45,970 nucleotides of DNA from Raillietiella orientalis (lineage: Eukaryota), in contig JAYWIR010000006.1 in assembly GCA_036172245.1 (NCBI GenBank), positions 5,952,001 to 5,997,970 on the forward strand. Reading direction: 5' to 3'. The position numbers and the translations under genes are program-made. The first letter of the stretch is position 1. Each line of letters starts with the position of its first letter. The notes under the pieces are model-generated. The model was given only the letters and a program-made list of their open reading frames with translations. It did no database searches and was not told the origin of the DNA. Shown here one piece after another: positions 12,430 to 23,984 of the stretch.

Positions 12430-12695
12430 GTGGCACCAGGTGCTTCAGGTTCGAATACTGAGAAAGGGTCGACGCCAAGAAGGGCGAGTCCCTCCTGCAA
12501 GATGACGCTGGTCGGCCTTATAGAATTCGGGTGCTGCAATCGCCGAAGTCGAAAACCAAATGCCCTCGTTGAGTGGCCGAAGTTGGAAGCTCACCCTCCG
12601 GGGTCCCTCAGGAGTCAAGGAGTCAACTGCCTTCAGTGTCCATCTCTGGTTGTGACTCTGGAGCTGTCCCCATCCCCTCGATGAGTACCATGGAG
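12430..12695 (+). repeat. Unclassified repeat X, copy 3, left part
   Basis: Aligns to the reverse complement of ~722-950, e.g. GGTCCCTCAGGAGTCAAGGAGTC versus GGTCCCTTTCAGGAATCAAGGAGTC. Confidence 0.75.
12645..12695 (+). repeat. 51-bp direct repeat, left flank of the bacterial mosaic
   Basis: 46/51 identical to 14084-14134. Confidence 0.9.
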
Positions 12696-12698
12696 GGT

Positions 12699-12851
12699 TC
12701 TGTACTCTGTTAGTAAAATGGAGGCTATGAGAATCATGTACAGTGTAACCATAACAGTGCTTTTGCTGTACCCAAGAAAATGCTTTGCGTTGAGCTCCTG
12801 CTTGATAAATTTAAAGGACACTTCTATTGACCAACGTTTTTTATAGAGATC
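12699..12851 (-). pseudogene. IS4-family transposase fragment (bacterial)
   Basis: Reads DLYKKRWSIEVSFKFIKQELNAKHFLGYSK, containing the IS4 Y-R-E-K signature. Confidence 0.8.
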
Positions 12852-12864
12852 ACAGATCTCTATA

Positions 12865-13080
12865 GCCGGTAATTTCAGCTATAGCATCTATAGAGACACC
12901 GGCCTTAAGTGAATTTTTAGCCACTTCAATCTTTCCCTCATCAAATTTTTGTTTAAGATAGGATAAATTATCATCTTTACGTTTCTTACCTTGATCATAC
13001 GTAAAACGCTCTTCTTCACTCCAATTACATTGGTTCAACTCATCATAAGCCTTGCCAATAATCTCATCACTTCCTATTAC
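12865..13080 (-). pseudogene. Rpn/PD-(D/E)XK nuclease-family C-terminal fragment, Wolbachia-like
   Basis: Reads [47 protein letters not shown], which I recognise as the typical Wolbachia Rpn C-terminus. Confidence 0.85.
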
Positions 13081-13084
13081 ACCG

Positions 13085-13183
13085 GTAAATCTCGGTCACG
13101 CTTATTATGCTTCAGGTGATTCTCAGAAGGCAAAAGAGTTGTTTGAACGAGCTTTAGCAATTCAAGAGAAACGTTGTGAACCT
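13085..13183 (+). pseudogene. TPR repeat fragment, Wolbachia-like
   Basis: Reads [29 protein letters not shown], one kinesin-light-chain-type TPR unit. Confidence 0.75.
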
Positions 13184-13192
13184 TATCGTCTG

Positions 13193-13399
13193 ATGTTCCG
13201 TGCGAGCCCAAGGCAAGCGGACGTTAGGACTGCCGCCGCCACTAACAAAATGGCAGCGGCATTGCGTAAGGTATACGACCAAATGGCAGATCCAAAGTAC
13301 GTTGTTTCTGTGGGAAGTTGTGCAGATGGAGGTGGCTATTATCATTACTCTTATTCAGTAGTTCGTGGTTGTCATAGAATTGTGCCAGTTGATGTGTAT
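13193..13399 (+). pseudogene. nuoB: NADH-quinone oxidoreductase subunit B fragment (alphaproteobacterial)
   Basis: Reads [64 protein letters not shown]. Conserved residues are altered (MIVAGT lost, MGSCANGGG changed) and both ends are missing. Confidence 0.93.
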
Positions 13400-13545
13400 G
13401 ATATCACTACTAAAAATGCGGAAGGGAATACAGTTTTACATTATGCTGTAAAATTAGATGAGAGAGCAAAGTATGAATTTACTGAGCTTATACTGGAAAA
13501 AAACAAAGAGTTGGTAAATACACTGAACAGAAAGGAGCAAACACT
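13400..13545 (+). pseudogene. Ankyrin repeat fragment
   Basis: Reads [38 protein letters not shown], with the GxTxLHxA ankyrin consensus. Confidence 0.75.
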
Positions 13546-14083
13546 CCTCTGCTCTCTTGATCAAACGTTTTACAACTCTTTCTTTATAGCGTTTCATAAT
13601 ACTCAATTCCTTTTTCTACGTATTCCCACCATACTTGAGCATACTATAAAATATGCATGCTATTTTTCTTGCAGTGGCTGTTATTGCTTTTGGCGCTCCT
13701 AATCGTTTTTTTAATCTCCTGTAGTATGCACCCAATGAACTTTTACTATTGCCTACGGAATTAGCAACCATTCGTAAGGCATTTGCAGCACGGTTAATGA
13801 CTTTACGCGTTCTTGTATTAAACACTTTTTCCCCTGTAACTTCGTTAGTAGGGCTGAGTCCCAACCACGATGAAAAGTGCTTTTCTGGCCATTTATTATG
13901 GTTCACACCAAATTCTGAAATTATGGTTTGTACAGTTACTACATCAAGTCCAGGAATTTTAGTAAAATCCATACCAGTTATTCGGTACAATTCTTCATGC
14001 AAAGCAAAGCTTGGCTTACTTTTTCTCTGCTTATTCTTTTCCTTACTCAGCTGTTTACTTTTGCCAGATTATGTTTCAAACGT
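13545..14083 (-). pseudogene. IS110-family transposase C-terminal half, Wolbachia-like, with stop and frameshifts
   Basis: Reads [62 protein letters not shown], then in shifted frames [11 protein letters not shown] and [16 protein letters not shown]. Confidence 0.9.
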
Positions 14084-14600
14084 TCTGGTTGTGACAGTGG
14101 AGCTGTCCCCATCCCTCCGATGCGTACCATGGAGCGGCTCGATACTTCTCCAAAGTGTCAAGAACCGCACTGCTCCATCAGGGAAGCGTCCATTTAGGGA
14201 AATCGGAAAGCGTGCCTTCGGGGTTCTCTTCAGAAAAGGAAACAAGCAACGGATCCTTTCCGGAGGTCCCCTCCGGAGAAGAAACAAAGGAGCGGTCCCC
14301 TCCGAGGGGTCCCTCCGGAAAGAATAAAAGACAACCAAGACACAGGTTCCATTCGGGGATCTCTCCTAAGCGTAAGAGGAAGGGACTCCTTCCTCTGGAG
14401 CCTTCCTGGATTCATCGGGTGGTTCTTCCGGGTCGCCCTTCCCCCTTAACCTGAAGAGTGACACGCACCTCCAGGTGGTGTGGACGATGTCAAAGAGCAT
14501 CGTGAACCCTCTTTCCTCACCCACCCACTTCTTAAGAAGGAAAATGGCCCTTCATCACTTCGCGAACCCCAAAAAAAACCCGAAAAAGAATCCAAAGGGA
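14084..14600 (+). repeat. Unclassified repeat X, copy 3, right part (starts with the second 51-bp repeat, 14084-14134)
   Basis: Colinear with 4213-4710 and with the reverse complement of 300-660. Confidence 0.85.
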
Positions 14601-14624
14601 TTTCCATCATCCATGAGCCGCCCA

Positions 14625-15574
14625 CAGAAGATGCGATGGGCCTCGTCTACCTTTTCTTGCATCGGTGCTGCCTTCCTTAAGGGACGCAGAGGATAGAGTA
14701 ATCCTAGCGAGGTGGGAAGTGACTTGCTTCATAGCAGCAACGAAGAAACTATGAAGGGCGTGCACAACTGGAGAAGTGACGAACGCTTGGACCTCGAATG
14801 TCCTATCCCATGAACTTGTACGCTGGTGAGACCTGCTCGACAACATGAACATTCCTTCAAGGAGGTGAATTGGTCCCCAGTGTGCTGGAACAGTGGCGCC
14901 CTCCCCCCTCAAATGGCAGGAGTCGGCGTTGCTGGTGCTGCATGGGAGAACCCCTTGCAAGGTGCCCCTTCACCACTGGATACGGGTGATCAGTGAACGC
15001 TCAGAGTGCGACAGCTGCGGGAAGAATGCATCCTAATGCACCTGTCGTTGGACTGCACTGCCCTCCGACCCCTTTGATATCGCTGCTTCGCAACGTCCCT
15101 GGGTATCCTGGTGAGCAGCCCCAGGGACATTCTCAAACAACTCTTCGTGCGGGGTGCCAACCGCACCCCTTGAAGTTCTCAGCTATATTCGTGGGATCTT
15201 GGCGGTCTGGAACGCTAGAGAAAGAGGCCCAAATGGCAGGCACGCCATCCACTGGGCGCAGATCTTTCTGAAGTCCGCCTCGAGATGAGCCCGCCGGGGC
15301 GAGACGAAGGAACTTGCCAGTATCCTGAACAGGATCCAGAGGACGCCTGGCCTCGTACTGTGATCCCCTCCCCATGTATAATTTCCCCTCCCCTGTTTTT
15401 CCATGTTCTATTTTTTTTTGTTTTTGTTTTCCTCTCCCCTATGCCGCCGAAGCGGACCTTGCGGTCTGCGTGCCACTCTTCGGCAGGTTCCATGCACGTG
15501 GTAGAACCAGGGGTTCTACCACACCAATGTATTCTTATTGCTTTATGTAATGAATGCCCCTGCATAACCGGGTG
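14625..15574 (+). mobile_element. Degraded Tx1-like ORF2 3' part plus 3' UTR
   Basis: Reads ASVLPSLRD..RWEVTCFIA..LKWQESALLVLH, followed by TGATCCC, a T-tract and terminal CCCTGCATAACCGGGTG. Confidence 0.85.
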
Positions 15575-16574
15575 ATACTCGTTCACGAGCAGCCTATTTT
15601 GATCAGAGAGCATTTCGTCTATGGCCCAGCAATCATGAGAGAACACAAGAAAAAGCAGCACCACATGAGAAGAAACTGCATTGCTGTATGGAACGGACTG
15701 CAAATCACTCCTTAAGAGACCTGAGCGAACACAGCAGCGTTGCTCTCTTTGTGCCGGTGAAGCTTCACAGTAACGGCGAACACAGAACGAGTTTCTCTCC
15801 CTGTGAGCAGCAACTAGTTGGAAAGATGGAATGAAGATGGCAGATGGACCGAGTATTGGAATATCTCTGTGCATCGTTGTGTTAGAATTCCGTCTTATAG
15901 ATGCAGCTTCACTTGAGAAGGCCGGGCTGCATATCGAAGCCAGTAGAAACAAATCCTTCCCTTCCCCCAACGTGTTCAGCTGTGAAGCCATTTGCAAAAG
16001 GGACCATTTTTATGGAACCGATCTGGAAGGCTGATTATTCAGCGATTATTCAGCCTCCTTTGCTCATCAGCAAATTCCTATGGAGTCACGTGCCAACTAA
16101 CGCGGCAACAAATAAATAGAACCTGGACTGCTGAGACACCGAAATCACCCTGTGGATTCAACAAATGGTGATTCGATTCCCAGGATGGAGTGCATTAGAA
16201 TTGCCTTCGGCTATGAGTAAGTGCTCACGACCGAGACAGTCAGTAATCTGGACATCATCTCTCACCTGAAAAACCTTCCGTCCTCATGGAATACATACGC
16301 TTCTGAAATGCACGACCGACTCGCAGGACGGGGCGCGACCGGAGGGCTGGCAGGAAGCAAGGAGACATTGGCTTGGTGAACGGCTCCTCAACTTGCCGAC
16401 TCTGTCAGCTCAAAAGGAATTCTCTCGGGGGCACTTCCTAGGAAAAAACCATCAGAAGAAGTGAAGGGTCTCTGCGGAGTCTTTGAACAGCTCCGTGTAC
16501 TTCTCTTAAAGAGTCAAGACTCGGCGTTGCGACAACTGCAGGGGGCTGTCCTATGCTACGCACGTCGTCACTAC

Positions 16575-16810
16575 AGGGGGAGTGTGGCTCCAGACCGTGG
16601 CAAGTGCATTGAGAGGAAGGACAACCTTCCTGCACCTGGGACTAGGGTGTGCCTCCCTTTTCGTTCGGTCACGTCCCTGAACAAGACAACTCAGAGGGCA
16701 TTCCAAGACGCTTCTTCATGGGTCATCCGCGGCCACGATCATTGTTTCCGTGGAGTCGTGACAGTGAGAAATCACGACCCTGGAAGCCTGGATACAGGAA
16801 GGCCACCTTC
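16575..16810 (+). repeat. Unclassified repeat Y, copy 2
   Basis: Homologous to the reverse complement of 3870-4105. Confidence 0.8.
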
Positions 16811-19800
16811 TTCGTCTTCTCTTTCCTGGAGATCACGCAGAAATGGACAAACCTGAGGCATTACAAAGAGCAACTTTGCCAGCTCATGCTGCCAACAACT
16901 AATTGCTGAAAGCAGATCCTTCTCCTTTCAAAGCTCAGCGAAAAATGGGAGCTGCTCCCTCGAGTACATGCCATTTGAATCAAAACACAAATTTTAATTT
17001 TTGATCCAATGCTCTAAAGATTCAACGATGCATAGATTGAAATTAAAGCTGGGATATAAGACTTCTTCACTCGTTCAAGAGGAGGAAGGAATTTTATCGA
17101 CAACTTAAAAAGTTCGAGCTGTGGATGAAGACAAAGATGCTTTAAAAGACGCAAATGAATGGAGATGAATTCCACTCTCAGACCTTTAAGAGTAGAGATA
17201 ATCACCAAGACTTCCAGAACTGGAAGTCTTCGTTTTCCAGACTTGGAATTCTGTATCCCGTGGTGATGTTGCATCATCATGGGCTCTATATGGATCCATC
17301 TACAAACCTAAACGATGTGATTTCAAGAAACCTGAGAGCCTCGAATTTCTTTTTGTGTGACCATTCCCGTCTAAAGAAAGTAAAGATAAGTTCAATGATT
17401 CCATACTTAAGCTGGAAAGGCATTCGCGCAAGCCGAGATGCCGAGATGCACATCAAAGCTGCAAACTTCCTTGAATCATAGTAACTCGTGCAAAATTCAA
17501 GAAATTAAGCTGTGTTCACCCGGAAACATCAAGAAGCAACTTTTCTGTTATGCCGTATTTTTATTTCAGATGGCATTTCTGATTGTAAAGCAATATTGGA
17601 TTTTGAAATGGAAAACAGAATGAAGGCCGGTAGCTTAAGCTTAGTTGAGGACCACAGTCATTTTTTAACGAAGGAAAGAATGTTTTCATTTCTTTGAAAC
17701 TTGGTACATGCACTTATTCCTAAAAAATTCATACACAAAAAGATGACTAAAAGAATTCAAATCATTTAATACTCTTCAAAAGACTACACAAGCCACTCTT
17801 GAATAATAACCGTTTCGTAGAGTGATTTCTTTGGAAATGATAGTGATTTCCTTATCAAGTACATGCCATCAAAAAGTTCATGCTTATTTCGTACGTTAAA
17901 AAATTAAATTGAAAATTGGCCTTGACAGAGAAGAATGTTGCTCAGAACAAACAGAATTCGAAAGAGCAGATAAAATATCCATCAACTCCACTGTTCAGTA
18001 AATAGAGTGGCTAAGTTTCGAAAAGAGAATTGCAGGCACAATTTATGAATCGTTCATTATCAACTGGTAGGTCCACAACCTTGTCCTTCCCATAGCAGTT
18101 GAGCATTTGAGTACTGTTTGCACTAAGAATTCAACTCACAATCTTGATGACAAAAGGAACCTTTAAAAGCATATTACTAAACGTGCTTTGGAGTTTTTTC
18201 TGTTGATACCTTTGATAAAAGTCAGTGCTATTCAAAAATATATGCTTGTGAAGAATGTTAGCTACAAGAGAAAAATTTGATTTCGATCACATGAATGTAA
18301 GGCTGAAACAAAAGTGCCCCTCATCTACTTGATTATTCTGAACAGATATCGCATTTGCATAATTGATAACATCTCAAAGGCTCCTTAAAAACGGATTGGA
18401 ACTGTTTGACAAGAAACCAGCCTACGTCCGTATGCATTAATTTACAAGTCCCAGTAGAAGCAAGTCCAAATTCTTATGGAAATGTGAATCTCCTATTAAT
18501 GCTTGAGATAGAATCTTGAATGGGCACCTCAGCTGTTTTCAAAGAGCGATAGTAATGGTTACATTGCTTCTTCAATCTTAGGACGATTTTCTGAATCTTA
18601 ATCATTTCTATCTTGTTTGTCCCCTATTATACGTTTAGAAGTGAAAAACATACACAGACTTCTCGAAGAGTTGGGGTTGCACAAGATGTGTCTGCACGTC
18701 GAATTTCCAGCCACTACCCCAAATCCTGTTTTGCATACAAACTTATGTTCCAAATCACCGTCGTGCTCGGTGGATTCAAGAAATGGAAATGTTTTTGTTC
18801 GGCCCTCACTCCAAAGAGAGGTTCACGGTGACTAATCTTTGAAAAGAGTTAAACGTCAAAGTAAGCTCCGTAGGAAAAACAGTTTGCTCCCCTAGACACT
18901 TCTTGTTGGAAAAAAAAAAAAATCGCAAGGAAACTAATGTGAGAATCATATCTTCCAATTTCCTGTTTCGAGGAAAGACAAAATGATACTTTAAGAAATA
19001 AACAGCATTTTCTGGGCGGTGTGAGAGCTTTCTGAAACGTTCCTCATTGCAATAAATGAGCGAGGTTTTCAGCAGCTCGTTCCATGCGGCTGCAACGGCA
19101 CGGAGCAGATGAAAACTCACCATTTCGTGGACCCTCCCCCTACTCGATGAAGAAACCCCTGTGGTGCCCAAGGCTACCTGCTTCCCACACACGAAAACGG
19201 CTCTCAACATTTGTGCAGCAGGCCACAACCATTCCAACGGTAAAGAAGAAAATCACCTCCACGGAGATGATTCTGCAGCTTGAAGAAAATCGAGTTGGTG
19301 CAAGATGAGCACGAAACCGAAAAATCGGCGAAGTGGGACATTCGGTCCGACCCGGGGTCGATTTTTCTTTTTCGACCAGCATTCTCCCTCAATGGAAACC
19401 ACCGGTGCTAGTCCGATGCCTCCACGAATGCCCGCAGCAAGTTGGCTGCTGCCTTGCTGCATGCTGAGGACGGAAAACCGAAGACCGGACGTGCCCGCGT
19501 GTACGAACAGGAAGCTGGCATGTGCAAGTGGAACTCAGTGTGCTCCACAGAGGTTTTTTTCTGTTTACAACTCCAGCTTACAGGATGTCACGTCCACAGG
19601 GGACTTCCGCCACCATGTCACAGTCTCATGTGCTGACCTTAAGGAGCCCACTGGGCAACCCTGGGTGTGGCAGTTCGGCCGTTCCGTCCAGGACGTTGGA
19701 GCGGTGGACCGCTGAGTTCATCGAGCAGCGAAGAAATCTTTTGGTACACGGATGATGGGAAGAACTCAGATCGAATGCTGAATTGTGGTATGTGCTGAGT

Positions 19801-22800
19801 TGTGCTACTCGCGGAAGCATCCAAAATCTGTTATTGTAAGGTACTCAAAACAAAAAATGTAAATACCATTATTCTTTTGTGATAGAAATAACCACACTAA
19901 ATTAATATGCTTGCATTTTTTTGCTTCAAACGTAAAGATTTCAAGGAAAAAGTGCGGAAAAATGGAATTTAATTCAGGGTTTAATATCATAAGACTTTAG
20001 TTTTACTTTCCTGGTAAGCATTAGCCAGGGGAGTGTCCATGTTTTTGAAAACCCATCTCGTATGTAGAGAAAACTATTGCAGTTTCAAAATTTCAAAATT
20101 TCCTTGTGTTGAGATCATCTCTCTATACCTGAACCTTTAATGTTGTTATTCGCAAACCTGTGTTTCTGTTTTCGTGTTTTAGTTTCAGAGACTTGCCCAA
20201 GCAAACAAAGGCTTATTTTCAGGCTACAGTTTTGTATTTATTTCTTTTTGCCATAGATTCTTGCCTTTTTTTTAAAGATTATTTAGTAATCGAGAATTGG
20301 TAATCAGTTCTCAGATTCTGAATATTGCTGATATCCGTGTTTTGTGGTAGATTTGAATGCACATATCATTCTCACTTTGAACAGTTTGAAGTAAGAAAGA
20401 ATGAAAGTGCCATCCTATAAATGGTTTATGCTGCGTAATAGAAGTCCTTTGGAACTTTGAATTGTTCCTTGTAATTCAGGGAATACGATTGAACACTGTC
20501 ACTTAGGAACAGTTTGAGGGTAGTATGCAAATATGAAAGTTAAGTAATAGTTCTTCATCTGCATGCTATACAGCCCCTTTTATGGAACCTTCTGAATGAA
20601 TGTGAGCATAAAAGAATTCAGTTAATAAACAGAACTCAGCTTCAGTCATTTTTAATAAAAGAAGAGCTTTGGAAATTGCATCACAAAGATTTTGTGACCG
20701 ATAGTGTGTAATTTTTTAGGTGAATTATGTAATGTACATTGCTAAAGCTTTTAAAACTTTTTTAATTTCAGCAAACAGAAGGTTTGTTGTTTTATCATGG
20801 AACAGTTTTCCTTTCAATTTCAGTTTTTTTTTTCAGAAATGTTCACATGATATTGTGTTTCTTGTTTTTTTGCTGGAGTTCCGAAATTTGTTCTGTAGTA
20901 TTTATGAACTGTGTTCAGAAGCTTTTCTGCATTCTCCAGTAATATGCTCCTTTAAAAAGAGGACAGGGTTTTTATGTCACAAAAATCACACATATATGAG
21001 TAGAGGGAATTATTTCACATTATATTCATTTACTTACTTTGAATGTTTAAAATTCCATGTTTTCTTTCTGATCTATTAGCTTTTGGGGGGTTTCATATGT
21101 GCATCAACTATGTATTTTTGACAATATTGACCATCTGTTTAGCAGAACTTCTTTTCAATGTATGTTATTAGGGTTAATGGTTTCATTAAGTAATATGAAT
21201 AACCCTCTGTGGTAGTCATCCTCTGATTAATTAGATGAAATCTCTAGTTTTTGTAAACTGCTGCTCTATGTCACAAATGCATAAAGGATTCCTCCAAAAG
21301 AAGAAACAAGACTTCACAATTGTGCAACACAAGAGAAGTGGTTACAATTAATGGTGCAGGAAACCTTTGAAAGAAATGAACATCAATTGTTAAACTTTGG
21401 GACATGCGTCATGCTTGTCTTTCTAGGTGACTCTTCATTTTGTAGAAATGTGGAACTTGTGAAAACATGTTTTGGTTGTTCAGAAATAACAACAACATAC
21501 TTATTTAGAAATTGTGATGATAGACAAAAAACGTAATCATAGATTGCTTCAAAAAGATGCATTTTCAGCATATGCTTTACTGCTTTGGTTACGAAGGAAT
21601 GCTTGAAAAGTGAGATCATATTTGCAGTTCTCTACACTGTTTTCTAAAGCAAGTATTTTTGCATCTTATGAAAAAAAGAATTTGCTTTATTCATTTTATT
21701 GGACAGTATTACGAGATATTCTTGCATGACAAAATGAATGAAGTAAATTAGCATAGCTGATCTGTGAAGCAGTGATGAAACGAAAACAAGACATAAAGTC
21801 CATACAAAAAATTTAAAACCACAAAAATGTGTGCCTTAATCCAGACAGTGAACATGTTCTGTGAAATTGGAAATTTGTAAGAATTGTACTTGCTAGGAGT
21901 ATAAGATTTGCTTACTGGGAAGTTTTGGACTGCATTGCTAATCACTGATTCAGCATGATTATTGGTCATCCAGAAAAGTACTCTTATCGGGTATATAGGG
22001 GAAGTCAACATGTGAGCTTTTAATAAGTTGATGCATGTTAGCATTCTAATTGGCGACAGGTGTGCAATTTAGTGTTTAGAAACTTTTTTTCTTGATTTTA
22101 ACACCTTTTTTAAATCATACATCAACTATGCTTTATAAGCTTGCAGATGATGTCTCATTAGATAAGGTTTTTCAACGTTAAATAGGATGGATTTTTCCTC
22201 AACAGAGTGCATATCTTATCATTAGAAAGTTTCTTTTATCATGTAAATTTGAAATCTTTGATATCTGAGATGCAAAAATATTTTGAATCTTCTTCAAGAA
22301 ACAAAGTCAGTGCAGTTTGTGATGAAGTTTAGTTATGAAAATAGCAAGTCTGTTGGGGTTAAGGAGTATTCCTTGTATCTCTTACATTATGTTGCAATGC
22401 ACAGTGGAGTAACAACATAACTTCGAGTAGAGGAAATGTGCATTTCATGCGCAAAGTGTGCATGCAGCTTGCAAAATGTTAACATGATATGCCATAAGTT
22501 TTTCTCGTAAAAGTATAAACTTAAATTAAGATTGAGAAAAGAGATTAAATGTTTTTCCAATCATATTAAGGTATATGTATGAAAATAGAATTTGGGATTC
22601 TTATTGGCAATTAACTGGTAAATTACTGTGTCCCTATGTTGAAAATTACCTGGTTAATTTCAAAAATAAACTACATAATATAACAAACCACACAAACAAT
22701 GGAAACTGGAATTTTCCATTTGAACTGTTGTAGTGGGCACATCTGTGAAGTTCTTTTTGTGCAATTTCATAACTGTGTAAGTTTTTTTCAATGCATTATT

Positions 22801-23642
22801 AATATGATTGCTAAGCCTCAGATCATACTTGCATGCAAAATGTATAAAAATATGAAACCTCATGTACTTATTCCTGAAAAGATTAGTTTGCTCAAAGGTG
22901 TTTCATATGTACAATTGTCAATTCATAAAAGATTATTTCATTTGGACTAGCTTATACCTGTTTTTATGTGTATGCCCACGCTTGCAGTCATGCATACCTC
23001 CATTCCAAAGTAAAGAAATACTCTGCTGCAGCAAATGATTTCCTGAAAACATGTATGGTCTAGTGGACAGTGGAAAAGAGATTCATGAAAACTGTGTTTT
23101 TCAGGACTGTGTAGTTTTTTATCGATGGTGCAGTTTTGTTTTCCTTGAAGAGCATAGGGATAATGATGGGCAGTTGTCGTTATGTATTTGAAGTATTGCA
23201 ATTGCCATACAGATTCATTCCATATTGTTTCTGTAAATTCTAATTTTCATGACTTTGTCTTCAGTTGTTGTTGGTATTTCCTTTTCATGTATTTTCCACC
23301 AATGTCCTTGGGAAAACTGTAAGCCTTCTACTGCTGATGAACTTTTCCAGCATTTGTTTTCCCCAACATTGTCGCCATAAAATGCCTTGTTAATTTTTGA
23401 TGTAATCTTCAGAGTATGAAAAATAATCTACTTTGGAGCATATGGAGCAAGTGATCACTACCTTTTGAAGCAAGATTACATACAATGTGGTATTTTTCTG
23501 GTACTAGGGTCTTTGTTATATATTTTCTGCATATGAGTTTACAAGCTTGAGTATGAAACTTGTATCACAATTTAGAAGCAACTTTCACTTCAAGGAAACA
23601 TCAGGATTTTTTTTTTTTTCGCACATAGTTTAGTTAGCACTT

Positions 23643-23706
23643 TTTCCAGTCATGGAGGCCATCGTTCTGGATCCTCCAGCATGATGATGGTTTCCATGAC
23701 TGGGAA
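23643..23706 (+). ncRNA. Candidate pre-miRNA-like hairpin 1
   Basis: TTTCCAGTCATGGAGGCCATCGT pairs with ATGATGGTTTCCATGACTGGGAA at all 23 positions (4 G:U), with an inner CTGGA/TCCAG stem. Confidence 0.3.
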
Positions 23707-23926
23707 ATAGAAGATGAATTCGTTGTCGTTTCTGTTAGCGGGACCATTGTTGGGCGTAACCTCCAACCATCCTGGCATCCTGGTAGTATCTCTAGTTCTG
23801 GAAGTGGCTTTTTTTTGTTGCTGTGCTCTCTAGGTATGTTATTATGCTGTCTTGTGCTGCAGAATCCTTCTCTAGGGAATTTCCTGTTGTTCGAGGCCTA
23901 GTTTACTGCTTTTAAATTTCTTTTTT

Positions 23927-23984
23927 ACACTGGTCTTGTATGAGCCTCCCTCTGATCACTGAGAGGTTCATGTGAGACTGGTGT
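23927..23984 (+). ncRNA. Candidate pre-miRNA-like hairpin 2
   Basis: 23927-23948 pairs with 23963-23984 at all 22 positions (16 Watson-Crick, 6 G:U), with a 14-nt loop. Confidence 0.3.

Noticed and set aside
13193..13399. Host nuclear NDUFS7 exon
   Set aside because: No splice context, flanked by bacterial fragments, and [19 protein letters not shown] looks Rickettsiales-like rather than animal ([18 protein letters not shown]).
13545..14083. Functional IS110/bridge-RNA system
   Set aside because: Only the C-terminal half is present, with a stop and frameshifts; there is no N-terminal catalytic domain and no non-coding ends.
12696..14083. Simple bacterial contamination
   Set aside because: The fragments are decayed, scrambled and embedded in a host repeat with a flanking duplication. 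Read-level confirmation is still needed.
12645..14134. CRISPR array
   Set aside because: Only two diverged repeats, a 1.4 kb insert, no cas genes, and a eukaryotic context.
23678..23810. Peptide DWEIEDEFVVVSVSG resembling TFIIIC subunit 6
   Set aside because: Too short, no supportable downstream exons, and it overlaps a hairpin arm.
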